A stretch of 64,000 nt of DNA from an uncultured bacterium (GTDB taxonomy: Bacteria; RBG-13-66-14): positions 34,345 through 98,344 of the forward strand of contig CAYTCV010000002.1 of assembly GCA_964436465.1 (NCBI GenBank), given 5' to 3'. Every line of letters begins with the position of its first letter. The first letter of the stretch is position 1. The notes below the pieces were generated by a model. That model worked only from the letters and a program-made list of their open reading frames with translations. It searched no databases and was not told the origin of the DNA. A program made the position numbers and the translations under genes. Shown here piece after piece: positions 28,651 through 39,048 of this stretch.

Positions 28651-29760
28651 GTGAAAAGAGCCTTTTTCATCTTTCTCGCGCTGGCGGCCGCGGCCTTCGG
28701 GGCGCGCGTGACCAACGTCCGGTGCTACGCCCAGGAGGACGTGACATACGTCGTGCTCTACCTGGACTCCGAGTGCACCGTGCAGGTGTCCGATTCGCTG
28801 ACCGCCGGGGAGGCCAGCCTGGGGCTCATCGTGCGCGGGGCGCACCTCGACAGCGGGGGACGGCTGGGCGGTCCCGTGGGGCACGTCACCGGGGGGAATT
28901 TTTACCAATCCGGCGCGGACGTCGTCTTCCTGGTCTATCCCGCGGCCGACGCCGGGGCGTACAAGGCCTACCTGGCCCGCGACCCGCTCCGGGCCGTGCT
29001 GGAAATTTCCGCCAGGACCGAACCGGTCGAGACGCCGGTCTTCGTCGAGAACGTCGAGGTCGAGGGTCCGCCGGACCTCTCGGGGCTGGACATCGGGCCG
29101 GTGCTCCTGGTGGACGACGACGACGGCGTGAACAACGGCAACCCCTACGGGGTGGATGTCCACGAGCGGTACACGCGGGCGCTGGACGCGCTCGGGGTGG
29201 GTTACGACATCCGGGTGGTTACCCACAACGCCAGCGGCCCGACCTACGCCGAGCTGGAGCCCTACCGGCTGGTCATCTACTTCACCGGGCTGGACGCCCT
29301 GAAGGTCTGCCTGAGCGAGAGCGACCGCCGGGCGCTGCGGCGGTATCTGGACGACGGCGGCCGGCTCCTCCTCATCAGCCAGAATTACCTGGGCCAGGTT
29401 TCCCGGAGCGGGGCGGCCTCGCCGGGCTCCCTGGAGGAGGCGTTGGGGGTCAAGGACTGGCGCGCCGACGCCAAGACCATCGTCGCCATCGCCGAGCCGG
29501 AAGAGGAACTGAACGCCGGACTCTCCCTGTCCCTCTTCGGCGACAGGCAAATCGTGGGGAACTGGAGCGACGGCTTCACCGCCTCCGCCGGGGCGCGGGT
29601 CATCTTCACCAACCGCAGCCGCGGCGACGTCTGCGCCGTGGCCGCAGAGAGCGGGAACCACCGCTCGGTCTTCCTCTCCTTCGCCTGGGAGAACATCTCC
29701 TCCGAGACCGAGGCGCTGGCGTTTCTGGGGCGTTGCATCCGCTGGCTCGCAGGTGCGTAG
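28651..29760 (+). CDS. Secreted hypothetical protein (AMIN-like N-terminus, class I GATase-like C-terminal domain)
   Basis: Signal peptide; YLARDPLRAVLEI resembles AMIN; VLLVDDDDG...L..YLDDGGRLLL. Confidence 0.55.
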   Translation: MKRAFFIFLALAAAAFGARVTNVRCYAQEDVTYVVLYLDSECTVQVSDSLTAGEASLGLIVRGAHLDSGGRLGGPVGHVTGGNFYQSGADVVFLVYPAADAGAYKAYLARDPLRAVLEISARTEPVETPVFVENVEVEGPPDLSGLDIGPVLLVDDDDGVNNGNPYGVDVHERYTRALDALGVGYDIRVVTHNASGPTYAELEPYRLVIYFTGLDALKVCLSESDRRALRRYLDDGGRLLLISQNYLGQVSRSGAASPGSLEEALGVKDWRADAKTIVAIAEPEEELNAGLSLSLFGDRQIVGNWSDGFTASAGARVIFTNRSRGDVCAVAAESGNHRSVFLSFAWENISSETEALAFLGRCIRWLAGA

Positions 29761-29823
29761 GCGGATTCATTCCTGTGTGCTGAACAGGCAAGGGGCCCGG
29801 ACCTTGCCCTTCCTTTGAAGCCC

Positions 29824-30858
29824 ATGTCCAGACCGGACCTCATTAAAAATTTTCGGGAGCGAATAGCCGGAGGATTGGTCTCCGCCCCCCTGGCCGGCAC
29901 CAGCAACGTGCCCTGGTACCGTCTCCTCGCCGGGGAGGGCATAAGCGCCTTCTGGACGGAGATGACCACCGCCGACGGGCTCCAGCGCGGCGGCCGCAAG
30001 ACGCGGGCCATGCTGACCCCGGAGCCCGGGCGGCCGGATGACCCGCCCCGCCCCCTCCCCCGCCTGTACCCCGACCTGGGCGTGCCGGTGGTCTGCCAGC
30101 TCTTCGGCCATCACCCCGAGGCCTTCGCCTACTCCGCCCGGTTCGTCGAGCTCTGCGGCTACGACGCCGTCGACCTGAACTTCGGCTGCCCGGCGCAGAA
30201 GGTCGTGCGGTCGGGGAACGGGGTGGCGCTCATGCGCGATGTACCGCTGGCCCTGGAACTCGCGTCGGCGACGCTGGAATCCACGGCTCTGCCGGTCACC
30301 GCCAAGCTGCGCCTGGGTTTCGCCTCCGACCCGAGAATTTTTCTCCGCCTGGCGACGGAGCTGGACGGAATGGGAATCACCGCCCTCACGCTCCACCCCC
30401 GCACGCGGGAGGACGGTTTCTCCGGCCGTTCCGACTGGTCGGCCATCGCCGAACTCGTAGGTTCGGTGCGCTGTCCCGTCATCGGCAACGGCGACGTGAA
30501 AACACCCGAGGACGCGCTTCGTATGCTGGAATCCACGGGATGCCGGGCGGTGATGGCGGGGCGGGCGCTCATAGGCGAGCCCTGGCAGGCGCGGCGCATG
30601 GCGCAGGCGCTGGGAGGGGAGAAGGTTCGGTCCGGGGCGGACTGGCCGGAGCGGGTCGAGTGGACGCGCAGGCACGGTTTTCTGCTCGCCGAATTCTACG
30701 GTGAGAAGTCGGCGATGTTCAAGGTGCGGCGCTTCGCCCTGCACTACCTGCGCGGGGTGGAGGGAGCGGTGGAGCTGCGCCGCCGGATGGCGGTGGTGCC
30801 GAGCCTGGACGAGTTCGAGCGCCTCCTGGACGAGGCCCTGACCCTCCGGGAAGCCTGA
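29824..30858 (+). CDS. dusB: tRNA-dihydrouridine synthase
   Basis: APLAG, QLFG, DLNFGCPAQKV, TAKLRLG, LHPRT, IGNGDV, VMAGR. Confidence 0.88.
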   Translation: MSRPDLIKNFRERIAGGLVSAPLAGTSNVPWYRLLAGEGISAFWTEMTTADGLQRGGRKTRAMLTPEPGRPDDPPRPLPRLYPDLGVPVVCQLFGHHPEAFAYSARFVELCGYDAVDLNFGCPAQKVVRSGNGVALMRDVPLALELASATLESTALPVTAKLRLGFASDPRIFLRLATELDGMGITALTLHPRTREDGFSGRSDWSAIAELVGSVRCPVIGNGDVKTPEDALRMLESTGCRAVMAGRALIGEPWQARRMAQALGGEKVRSGADWPERVEWTRRHGFLLAEFYGEKSAMFKVRRFALHYLRGVEGAVELRRRMAVVPSLDEFERLLDEALTLREA

Positions 30859-30897
30859 GTTTTTTGATTAAAAGAATCTTTTTACGGTTACGTCAAT

Positions 30898-30921
30898 AAA
30901 AAAGGGCGCCCCACGGCGCCC
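30898..30921 (-). terminator. Intrinsic terminator of purB-purC
   Basis: GGGCGCC..GGCGCCC hairpin plus T6 on the minus strand. Confidence 0.6.
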
Positions 30922-30936
30922 CAACCGTATCCGTTC

Positions 30937-31644
30937 TCAGGAGGTTATCCGCTTCAGGAGCTCGGCGTAAAACTCCTCCACCTGCCCCAGGTCCCGCCGG
31001 AAACGGTCCTTGTCCATCCTCTCGTTGGTCTTGGCGTCCCAGAAACGGCAGGAGTCGGGGCTGATTTCGTCCCCCAGGATGATTTCGCCCTCGGAGTCGT
31101 AGCCGAACTCGAGTTTGAAGTCGATGAGCTTGATGCTCCGCTGGGCGAGGAAGGGGGTGAGCACCTCGTTGACCCTGAACGCCGTCTTGGAGATTTTCGC
31201 CAGGTCGTCCTTGGAGCAGATTTCGAGCGCGTGGATGTGCGTCTCGCACAGCAACGGGTCGCCCAGGGAGTCGTCCTTGTAGTAGTACTCGAGGATGGTG
31301 CTGGAGAGGGCGGTGCCCTCGGGGACGCCCATCCTCTTCGAGAGCGAGCCCGCGGTCACGTTGCGCACCACGACCTCCAGGGGTATCATGCGCAGCGTTT
31401 TGACGCGCATGTCGCGGTCCGACGGTCGGTCGATGTAGTGGGTGGCGATGCCGGCCCCTTCCAGGAGCTTGAAGAACACCTCGGTTATGGCGTTGTTGAT
31501 GGGCCCCTTGTCCTTGATGGTGCCCTTCTTTTTGCCGTCGAAGGCGGTGGCCGAGTCCTTGTAGAAAAGGCGCACGACGTTGGGGTCTTCGGTGGCGTAG
31601 GTAATTTTCGCCTTGCCCTCGTACAGAACGCGCTCTTCGGCCAT
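30937..31644 (-). CDS. purC: SAICAR synthetase
   Basis: LYEGKAK, DSATAFDG, PLEVVVRN, DFKLEFG, DEISPDSCRFWD, DKDRFRRDLG. Confidence 0.96.
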   Translation of the reverse strand: MAEERVLYEGKAKITYATEDPNVVRLFYKDSATAFDGKKKGTIKDKGPINNAITEVFFKLLEGAGIATHYIDRPSDRDMRVKTLRMIPLEVVVRNVTAGSLSKRMGVPEGTALSSTILEYYYKDDSLGDPLLCETHIHALEICSKDDLAKISKTAFRVNEVLTPFLAQRSIKLIDFKLEFGYDSEGEIILGDEISPDSCRFWDAKTNERMDKDRFRRDLGQVEEFYAELLKRITS

Positions 31645-31679
31645 GGTGGTCCCCTCCCGGAATCTGATGAGCGGGCCGG

Positions 31680-32975
31680 TCAGTCCCCTATTATACCCAG
31701 ACGGCGGTAAGTCACGTCAAGAAATCTCGGTTTTTGGGCGAAGCAGCGCTCGACGGTCTGTCGGTCGAGGTGCCCGGCGATTACGGGGTCCTCCTCGACG
31801 GCGCTCCTGAAATCGACCTTTCCCTCCCAGGCGGCCAGGGCGTGCTTCTGGACGAGCTCGTAGGCCGCCTTGCGTTCGAGGCCGGCCCGAATCAGCTCGA
31901 CCAGAAGGCCGGAGCTGGCCGTGAGCCCGCCGGTGAGGGCGAGGTTCTCCGCCATGCGCGTCTCGTCCACCACCAGGCCCCGCACGACGAAGAGCATCTT
32001 CCGGAGCATGTACACCGCCAGATGGAAGCCGTCGGGGATGATGACCCGCTCCACGGAGGAGTGGCTGATGTCCCGCTCGTGCCAGAGGGCGACGTTCTCC
32101 AGGGCGGCGTGGGCGTTGGAGCGCAAGAGGCGCGCCATGCCGCAGACGCGCTCGGTGACGATGGGGTTCCGCTTGTGGGGCATGGCCGAGGAGCCCTTCT
32201 GACCCTTGGTGAACGGCTCGAAGGCCTCGGCGACCTCGGTTCTCTGCAGGTGGCGGATTTCGAGGGCCAGGCGCTCCAAATCGGCCCCCAGAATCGCCAG
32301 GGCCGCGAGGTAGGCCGCGTGGCGGTCCCGCTGCAGAATCTGGGTGGAAATCGGCGCCGGCTTGAGGCCCAGCTTGGCGCACGCGCGTTCCTCGATTTCC
32401 GGCGAGAGCGAGGAATAGGTGCCGACCGCCCCGGAGAGCTGGCCGACGCGCAGGCCCTCGGCCGTGGCACAGAGCCGCTCGTGGTCCCGCTTGAACTGGG
32501 CGTAGGACACGGCGAGCTTGAGGCCGAAGGTGGTAGGCTCGGCGTGAACGCCGTGGCTGCGGCCGATGCAGATTGTGTCTTTGTACCTGAGGGCCTGTTC
32601 GCGCAACGTCGCGAGGAGCTGTTCCAGGTCGTCCAGGAGCACGCGGTGCGCGCGGCCGATTTGGAGGGCCAGGGCCGTATCCAGCACGTCGGAGGAAGTC
32701 ATCCCCAGGTGCAGGTGCCGGGCCTCGGGACCTATATTTTCCTCTAAATGCTCCAGGAAGGCGATGACGTCGTGGCGGGTGGTTTCCTCGATTTGCGCGA
32801 TTCGCTCGGGGTCTATGTGGGCCCTATCCCGGCAGGCGCGGACGGCATCCGCCGGGACGAGCCCCAGCTCGGCCATGGCCTCCGCCGCCGCCAGCTCAAC
32901 CTCCAGCCAGGTGTCGAACCGGCCCTCGTCGGAGAAAATCTTCCGGATTTCGGGGACTTCATACCGGGGTATCAT
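31680..32975 (-). CDS. purB: Adenylosuccinate lyase
   Basis: MIPRY, TRHDVIAF, GRSHGVHAEP, GSSAMPHKRNP, ERDISHS. Confidence 0.96.
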   Translation of the reverse strand: MIPRYEVPEIRKIFSDEGRFDTWLEVELAAAEAMAELGLVPADAVRACRDRAHIDPERIAQIEETTRHDVIAFLEHLEENIGPEARHLHLGMTSSDVLDTALALQIGRAHRVLLDDLEQLLATLREQALRYKDTICIGRSHGVHAEPTTFGLKLAVSYAQFKRDHERLCATAEGLRVGQLSGAVGTYSSLSPEIEERACAKLGLKPAPISTQILQRDRHAAYLAALAILGADLERLALEIRHLQRTEVAEAFEPFTKGQKGSSAMPHKRNPIVTERVCGMARLLRSNAHAALENVALWHERDISHSSVERVIIPDGFHLAVYMLRKMLFVVRGLVVDETRMAENLALTGGLTASSGLLVELIRAGLERKAAYELVQKHALAAWEGKVDFRSAVEEDPVIAGHLDRQTVERCFAQKPRFLDVTYRRLGIIGD

Positions 32976-33058
32976 GGCGGGCTTTTGTAAACGACTCACC
33001 CCTATCCTACCACACAAGACGATGGGGGCCAAGGAGAAGTAGGCTCGCTGAAAGATGT

Positions 33059-33093
33059 GAAAAAGGCGGGACGCACGGCCCGCCTTCTTTTTT
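33059..33093. terminator. Bidirectional-type terminator downstream of the HtrA gene
   Basis: AAGGCGGG..CCCGCCTT stem flanked by A and T runs. Confidence 0.6.
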
Positions 33094-33112
33094 CGAATCC
33101 CGGCTTGTAGCG

Positions 33113-34321
<1,209 letters not shown>

Positions 34322-34556
34322 GGATGCACCTCCCCCGCGGGTCTTGGGCGCAAGTCCCGCGGCACGTGTTGAGTACGCGTTTACATTCCAATTATAAATT
34401 ATACGATGCGACGAATCGCTTTGTTCCGCGCCGCGGACTCGGAAGATGGATAAGTTCCCTTTTCTTTACAACTTGCCTTGCCCGCTCATCTGGAGTAATA
34501 TATGTACGGATATAAAAAGTCCCGGGTTACGGTTAAGTAAAAAGGCCGGTGTGACG

Positions 34557-35468
34557 ATGGCGAGTCGGAGTCAAAGGATACTGCTGTGGTCCATCGTGGG
34601 TATCGTCGGTGTCGGCTTTCTCCTGTTGGTCGTTTTCGGAGAGATATTCCAGTGCCAGCGCACCGCACCGCTCCCACACCTCCAGCCGCCCCGTGTCGGC
34701 GACGTGGTTCAGCTCAAGCCGGGCATCTCCGCCATGCTGAAAACCTCCACCGGTGAGAGTCCGCTGCCGCCGGGCAGCCTCCTCGAGGTGACCGGCGTGC
34801 GGGAGGACACGGCGGAGGTCAAGCTGGTTTCGGACGGAACTGCGGGCGAGCTGGCGTGGAACGATGGAACCCATCGGTTCTTCGAGCGGGCGACCGGCGG
34901 GCTGACCGAGCTCTACGCGAAGGAAGACTGGAGCGCCCTGGAGGCGCTCGAACTGGCCGAACCGCTCGGACGCGGCTGGTCCCACGACGCAATCGCCTAC
35001 GCCGCCGCCTCCGGCGACCAGTCCGCGGGAGGCCGCAGCCGGGAATGGGTGGTCGCCTTTTACTCCAACGTCCTGAAGCGGATTCTCTCCGTGGCGCTCA
35101 GCACGGGAGCCCAACCGGCGGTTCAGGAGGGGTCCCCCCCGGATTCGCCCCCCGACGATTTCACGGGCTGGCCCCTGGGTTCGGCGCGGTTGGACCTGGG
35201 CCGTCCCGCCGTGGATTCCCCCGCCGCCGTCGAGGCCGCGACGGTCTTCGACGACCGGGGCGACAAGGAAAAGGAGCGGTGGGAGCTTTCCCGCGTTTTC
35301 CTCGTCCACCAGGGCGACCCGGAGAATTTGGGCGACCCCTGGCTGAACAACGTCACCTACCGGGTTTTCCAACGACTCGTCGTGCGGATGAATCCCGACG
35401 ACGAGGCCGCCTTCACCGAGTTCGTGGTGGACGCCCAGACCGGCGTCGTCCTGGCCCGTTTCCCCTGA
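34557..35468 (+). CDS. Membrane-anchored hypothetical protein
   Basis: N-terminal TM helix after ATG 34557; C-terminal VVDAQTG is PepSY-like. Confidence 0.55.
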   Translation: MASRSQRILLWSIVGIVGVGFLLLVVFGEIFQCQRTAPLPHLQPPRVGDVVQLKPGISAMLKTSTGESPLPPGSLLEVTGVREDTAEVKLVSDGTAGELAWNDGTHRFFERATGGLTELYAKEDWSALEALELAEPLGRGWSHDAIAYAAASGDQSAGGRSREWVVAFYSNVLKRILSVALSTGAQPAVQEGSPPDSPPDDFTGWPLGSARLDLGRPAVDSPAAVEAATVFDDRGDKEKERWELSRVFLVHQGDPENLGDPWLNNVTYRVFQRLVVRMNPDDEAAFTEFVVDAQTGVVLARFP

Positions 35469-35529
35469 GCATTTTTCGGGGCGGTATTCCGGGCGGTGTC
35501 GGATAATCCGGATAACGTGCTCGATTGAT

Positions 35530-35558
35530 AAACCGGGGTCAACGGCCCCGGTTTTTTT
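35530..35558. terminator. Bidirectional terminator
   Basis: AAACCGGGG..CCCCGGTTT plus T run. Confidence 0.65.
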
Positions 35559-35618
35559 AGTATGGTCGGGAGGCTGTTTACATGGAAAAAGCCGTTCGGC
35601 ACGGTTTTTCCAATCCCC

Positions 35619-35692
35619 TGGCTGGGGCGGTAGGATTCGAACCTACGATGACGGCTCCAAAGGCCGTTGACTTACCGCTTGTCGACGCCCCA
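35619..35692 (-). tRNA. tRNA-Gln (anticodon UUG), CCA encoded
   Basis: TGGGGCG acceptor stem, anticodon loop CT-TTG-GA, GGTTCGAATCC T arm, ends GCCA. Confidence 0.95.
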
Positions 35693-35786
35693 GGGCTCCT
35701 GCAGTTCACCGCTTCCCCGACGTAGGTGGGGGGCTGGTGCGTCGGACGACCGCCGTCTTGCTTTTCTATTTGTGTGAACGCGGAGG

Positions 35787-36116
35787 CTATGCTTCGCTCT
35801 CTTCGGGCTCCTCGTGGGCGTCCTCGGCATCTCCGGTTTCGGGGGAGCTGTCGTAGAGGCCCGACCGCATGAGCTCGTCGTATTTCGCCAGAACCGCTTC
35901 CTCGATTTTAGACCGCGTCTCGGCGTTCAGGGGGTGGCAGACGTCGCGGCGCGTCCCGTCGCGGCGCTTCTTGTTCGGCATGGCCACCCAGAGACGGTCG
36001 TTGCCGTCGATGACGCGCAGGTCTTTGACGATGAAACAGTTGTCGAATACGATGGAGGCGTAAGCCTTTAGCTTTTCCTCATCGCGCAGGCTGACCCGTA
36101 CCTCGGTGATTTCCAC
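35787..36116 (-). CDS. spoVG: SpoVG nucleic-acid-binding regulator
   Basis: GTG after GAGGAGG; EITEVRV...KAYASIVFD..F.VKDLRVI.G....VAMP...D..HPL. Confidence 0.92.
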   Translation of the reverse strand: MEITEVRVSLRDEEKLKAYASIVFDNCFIVKDLRVIDGNDRLWVAMPNKKRRDGTRRDVCHPLNAETRSKIEEAVLAKYDELMRSGLYDSSPETGDAEDAHEEPEESEA

Positions 36117-36144
36117 AATTTGCCTCCTCAGGGGTGACAAAGCT

Positions 36145-37026
36145 TCAGGCTATTTCATTTTCGACCATTGAGACACCTTTGTCAATAACTTCCGTCGGAA
36201 TCGAGGCTATTCCACTCGATTCAAGCTCGCGGGTGAGCTGAAAAGCCTCTTTTTCATCCCGGGCGACGCCGAAACAACAGGCCCCGGAGCCCGACAGGCT
36301 GACCGGTTTCAGGCCGCTGGCGCGGAGGACGTCCAGGATACGCCCGATTTCGTGGAAGAAACGGACGATTTTCGCGGCGAAGGCGTTCGGCAGCTCCGAC
36401 GGCACGGTTCCCCCCGAAAGCCAGCCCTCGATTTCCTTCCGGGGAAGTTTGGCGAAATCCTCCTCCGTGAGCTGTTTGTAGGCCCAGGCCGTAGAAACGG
36501 CGGCCTGGGGGAAGGCCAGAACGATGTGGATTTTCTTCTGCGCGAGCCGGGTCAGCCGCTCGCCGCGCCCCTCGGCCAGCGCGATTCCTCCCTCCAGAAA
36601 AAACGGCACGTCGGTCCCCAACCCGGCGGCCAGCCCGTGCAGCCGCTCCCGGTCGAGGGGGTCGCCGTGGAGCCGATTCAGGGCCGCCAGGGTCCCCGCG
36701 GCGTCGCTGGAGCCGCCGCCCAGACCGCTTCCCGGGGGGATGTGCTTGGATATCTCGATGTGCGCGCCCGGCGGGGTTCCGGCGGCCGCGGCGAAGGCCT
36801 CGGCGGCCCGCCACGCCAGGTTGCGCCGGTCGGTCGGGATGCCGGGCTGACCGTGAACCGCGAGCGAGAGCCGGTCCGCCCGCTGAACGGTCAGGTTGTC
36901 TCCCAGACTGATGGCCGCCAGAATCGTTTCCACTTCATGGTAACCGTCGTCGCGCCGGCCGAGGACGGCGAGGCCGAGGTTGACCTTGGCGGGGCATCTG
37001 ACCTGGAAGGACCGCGTATAATACAT
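36145..37026 (-). CDS. ispE: 4-diphosphocytidyl-2-C-methyl-D-erythritol kinase
   Basis: PAKVNLGL, DGYHE, KHIPPGSGLGGGSSDAA, GTDVPFF, LSGSGAC. Confidence 0.95.
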   Translation of the reverse strand: MYYTRSFQVRCPAKVNLGLAVLGRRDDGYHEVETILAAISLGDNLTVQRADRLSLAVHGQPGIPTDRRNLAWRAAEAFAAAAGTPPGAHIEISKHIPPGSGLGGGSSDAAGTLAALNRLHGDPLDRERLHGLAAGLGTDVPFFLEGGIALAEGRGERLTRLAQKKIHIVLAFPQAAVSTAWAYKQLTEEDFAKLPRKEIEGWLSGGTVPSELPNAFAAKIVRFFHEIGRILDVLRASGLKPVSLSGSGACCFGVARDEKEAFQLTRELESSGIASIPTEVIDKGVSMVENEIA

Positions 37027-37034
37027 CTGTTGGG

Positions 37035-37105
37035 ATTTTGCCTGGCATTGCGGGTTTAGTCAAGACGCACATTTTGTTGACGCAGAGGAACTCTGGTGCT
37101 ATATT
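37035..37105. promoter_or_regulatory. Back-to-back divergent sigma70-type promoters
   Basis: Plus strand TTGACG-N17-TATATT (37077-37105, with extended TG); minus strand TTGACT-N17-CAAAAT (37063-37035). Confidence 0.55.
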
Positions 37106-37201
37106 CAGGTTGGCTTGGAGGGATAAACCAGATTTCGTGAGGCGCCCCGACGCTTTGATGGCGAAAACGACCGTCGGTGGCCGAGGGAAAGGGGGCGGGT
37201 T

Positions 37202-37996
37202 ATGAAAAGATTGTTTATAACGTTACTCTTTTTCGGTTTCACCATGGCGGGAGCGAAGGAAGTCCTGCTCGTGGACGACAACAATTGGGACGTGGACGAA
37301 CCCTATCACAACTACGTCAATCTGGACCGGGTGGAAGGCATCCTCGATGCCCTGGGCATTGATTATCACCACGAATGGAACGACCGAATCCGTTTTCCGG
37401 TTCTCACCGCCGACCTCGATTTCCTGAACAACTACCACATCATGATTTGGTACAACGACAACCGGGCCATCGACCAGTCCGAGTACGACGCGGTCAGCGC
37501 CTGGGTCGAGGAGGGCAACTTCCTCATCGTCACCGGGTACGATTCCCTGGGAAACCCCAACGACGTCCTCATGGCCCAACTGGTGGGCTCTTCGACATGC
37601 GGCGACTACCCCTTCTGCGATTCCTTCACCGTCGGCGACGATAACAACTTTATCATGCGCGGGGATTGGGGCGATTATGATGCCGGAACCAGCTACGACA
37701 TCCTCGTCGATGGTTCGGACCACGACTGGGCCCAGCCGGTGCCCGGAACGCGGAAAATCGCCACCGCGTGCACCGGCCACGTCTTAGGACCGGCGAAAAT
37801 CCTCCTCACCGAAAACGTCGGCAACGGCGGCATAATCGTCTACTGGAACGGCAACTGGGATTCCATCGAGTGGTGGCGCTTCACCCAGTCACCCGAGACG
37901 GTCAACATGTTCCGCAACATGATGGATTACCTATTCGCCCTGGCGCCCGTCCAGGAGATGAGTTGGGGCGGGGTAAAGGGAATGTTTACACCGTGA
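37202..37996 (+). CDS. Secreted hypothetical protein, tandem paralog 1
   Basis: Signal peptide; shares long blocks with the next ORF; ends SWGGVKGMFTP. Confidence 0.75.
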   Translation: MKRLFITLLFFGFTMAGAKEVLLVDDNNWDVDEPYHNYVNLDRVEGILDALGIDYHHEWNDRIRFPVLTADLDFLNNYHIMIWYNDNRAIDQSEYDAVSAWVEEGNFLIVTGYDSLGNPNDVLMAQLVGSSTCGDYPFCDSFTVGDDNNFIMRGDWGDYDAGTSYDILVDGSDHDWAQPVPGTRKIATACTGHVLGPAKILLTENVGNGGIIVYWNGNWDSIEWWRFTQSPETVNMFRNMMDYLFALAPVQEMSWGGVKGMFTP

Positions 37997-38086
37997 CACG
38001 GTGGTCTGCAACTTCTCCGGAGTGTCAGGTTTCGGTTAAAATTTGCTTTTTCAACAAAAAGTAACCTCTGAACGGGGGGATGAAAG

Positions 38087-38878
38087 ATGAAACTTACCAC
38101 AATCGTTCTTTGTTTCGCGATGGTCCTCGGGGGCTCGGCCTATAACCTGCTGCTTTTGGACGACTCTTCCGCCGATTACGGCCTGCCCGACTCTTACCGC
38201 AATCTGGACAGCGTGGAGCAGGTGCTCACCAACATGGGCGTCACTTTCGAGCACTGGCACAACAACTGGATAATGAATAAATCGGCGGACTTAAAATTCC
38301 TCATGGATTACGACATCATCCTCTGGTACAACGACAACCGGGCCATCAGCCAGGACGAGTACAAGGTCATGAAGCAGTGGGTCAGCGAGGGTAACTTCCT
38401 CGTGGTGACCGGCGAGGATTCGCTGGGCAGCCCCAACGACCCGCTCATGGCCGACCTGGTCGGCTCGACCGTCTACGGCGACTGCCCCTACTGCGAACAG
38501 CTCGCCGTCACCCAATCGAACAATTGGGTAATGGATGGCGATGCCGGCTATTATGATGGCATCTACGATTTGCTGGACTACACCACCGACCACGACCTGG
38601 CCGAGCCGAATTTACCGCAGACATACGCGGTGGCCGTCACCCTCGTCGATGACCACAACGTCGGGCCCGCGAAAATCCTCGTCACGGAGGTCGTACCGCC
38701 CCGGGGCGGCATCGTGGTCTACTGGAACGGAAACCGGGACGCCGCCGAGTGGTGGCGCCTGTCCCAGACACCCGAAACGGTCAACATGTTCAAGAACATG
38801 ATGTACTACCTCACCGACAACGTAGCGGCTATAGAGACCGTCACTTGGGGCGGCCTGAAGAGCATCTTCTCGCAGTGA
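38087..38878 (+). CDS. Secreted hypothetical protein, tandem paralog 2
   Basis: Signal peptide; WYNDNRAI and EGNFL.VTG.DSLG.PND shared with paralog 1; ends TWGGLKSIFSQ. Confidence 0.75.
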   Translation: MKLTTIVLCFAMVLGGSAYNLLLLDDSSADYGLPDSYRNLDSVEQVLTNMGVTFEHWHNNWIMNKSADLKFLMDYDIILWYNDNRAISQDEYKVMKQWVSEGNFLVVTGEDSLGSPNDPLMADLVGSTVYGDCPYCEQLAVTQSNNWVMDGDAGYYDGIYDLLDYTTDHDLAEPNLPQTYAVAVTLVDDHNVGPAKILVTEVVPPRGGIVVYWNGNRDAAEWWRLSQTPETVNMFKNMMYYLTDNVAAIETVTWGGLKSIFSQ

Positions 38879-38900
38879 CCCGTCGGCTTTGTTAAATCGA

Positions 38901-39035
38901 GGGAGGCCGAGGGGCCTCCCTTTTTGGAGGAGAAGATACCGGGTAGGCGTAAAGAAGCGGGAGGCCGAGGGGCCTCCCTTTTGTAAAAAAACTGGGGAGG
39001 ATAAAAAAACGTGAGAGGCCGCGGCGCCTCCTTTT
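38901..39035 (+). repeat. Three copies of a 24-bp hairpin-T4 unit (terminator-like mini-array)
   Basis: GGGAGGCCGAGGGGCCTCCCTTTT is identical at 38901 and 38959 and degenerate at 39013; gaps of 34 and 30 bp. Confidence 0.8.
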
Positions 39036-39048
39036 CCCATCCACCGGC

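Noticed and set aside
32976-33112. Purine/ZTP riboswitch ahead of purB-purC
   Set aside because: The spacer is taken up by the HtrA terminator and promoter-like DNA; no aptamer consensus recognised.
35619-35692. tRNA-Gln as integration site of a genomic island
   Set aside because: No integrase and no duplicated tRNA 3' end seen; downstream genes are housekeeping.
38901-39035. CRISPR array
   Set aside because: Only three units, each a canonical terminator hairpin plus T tract; no cas genes or leader in the window. Kept as a repeat, not called CRISPR.
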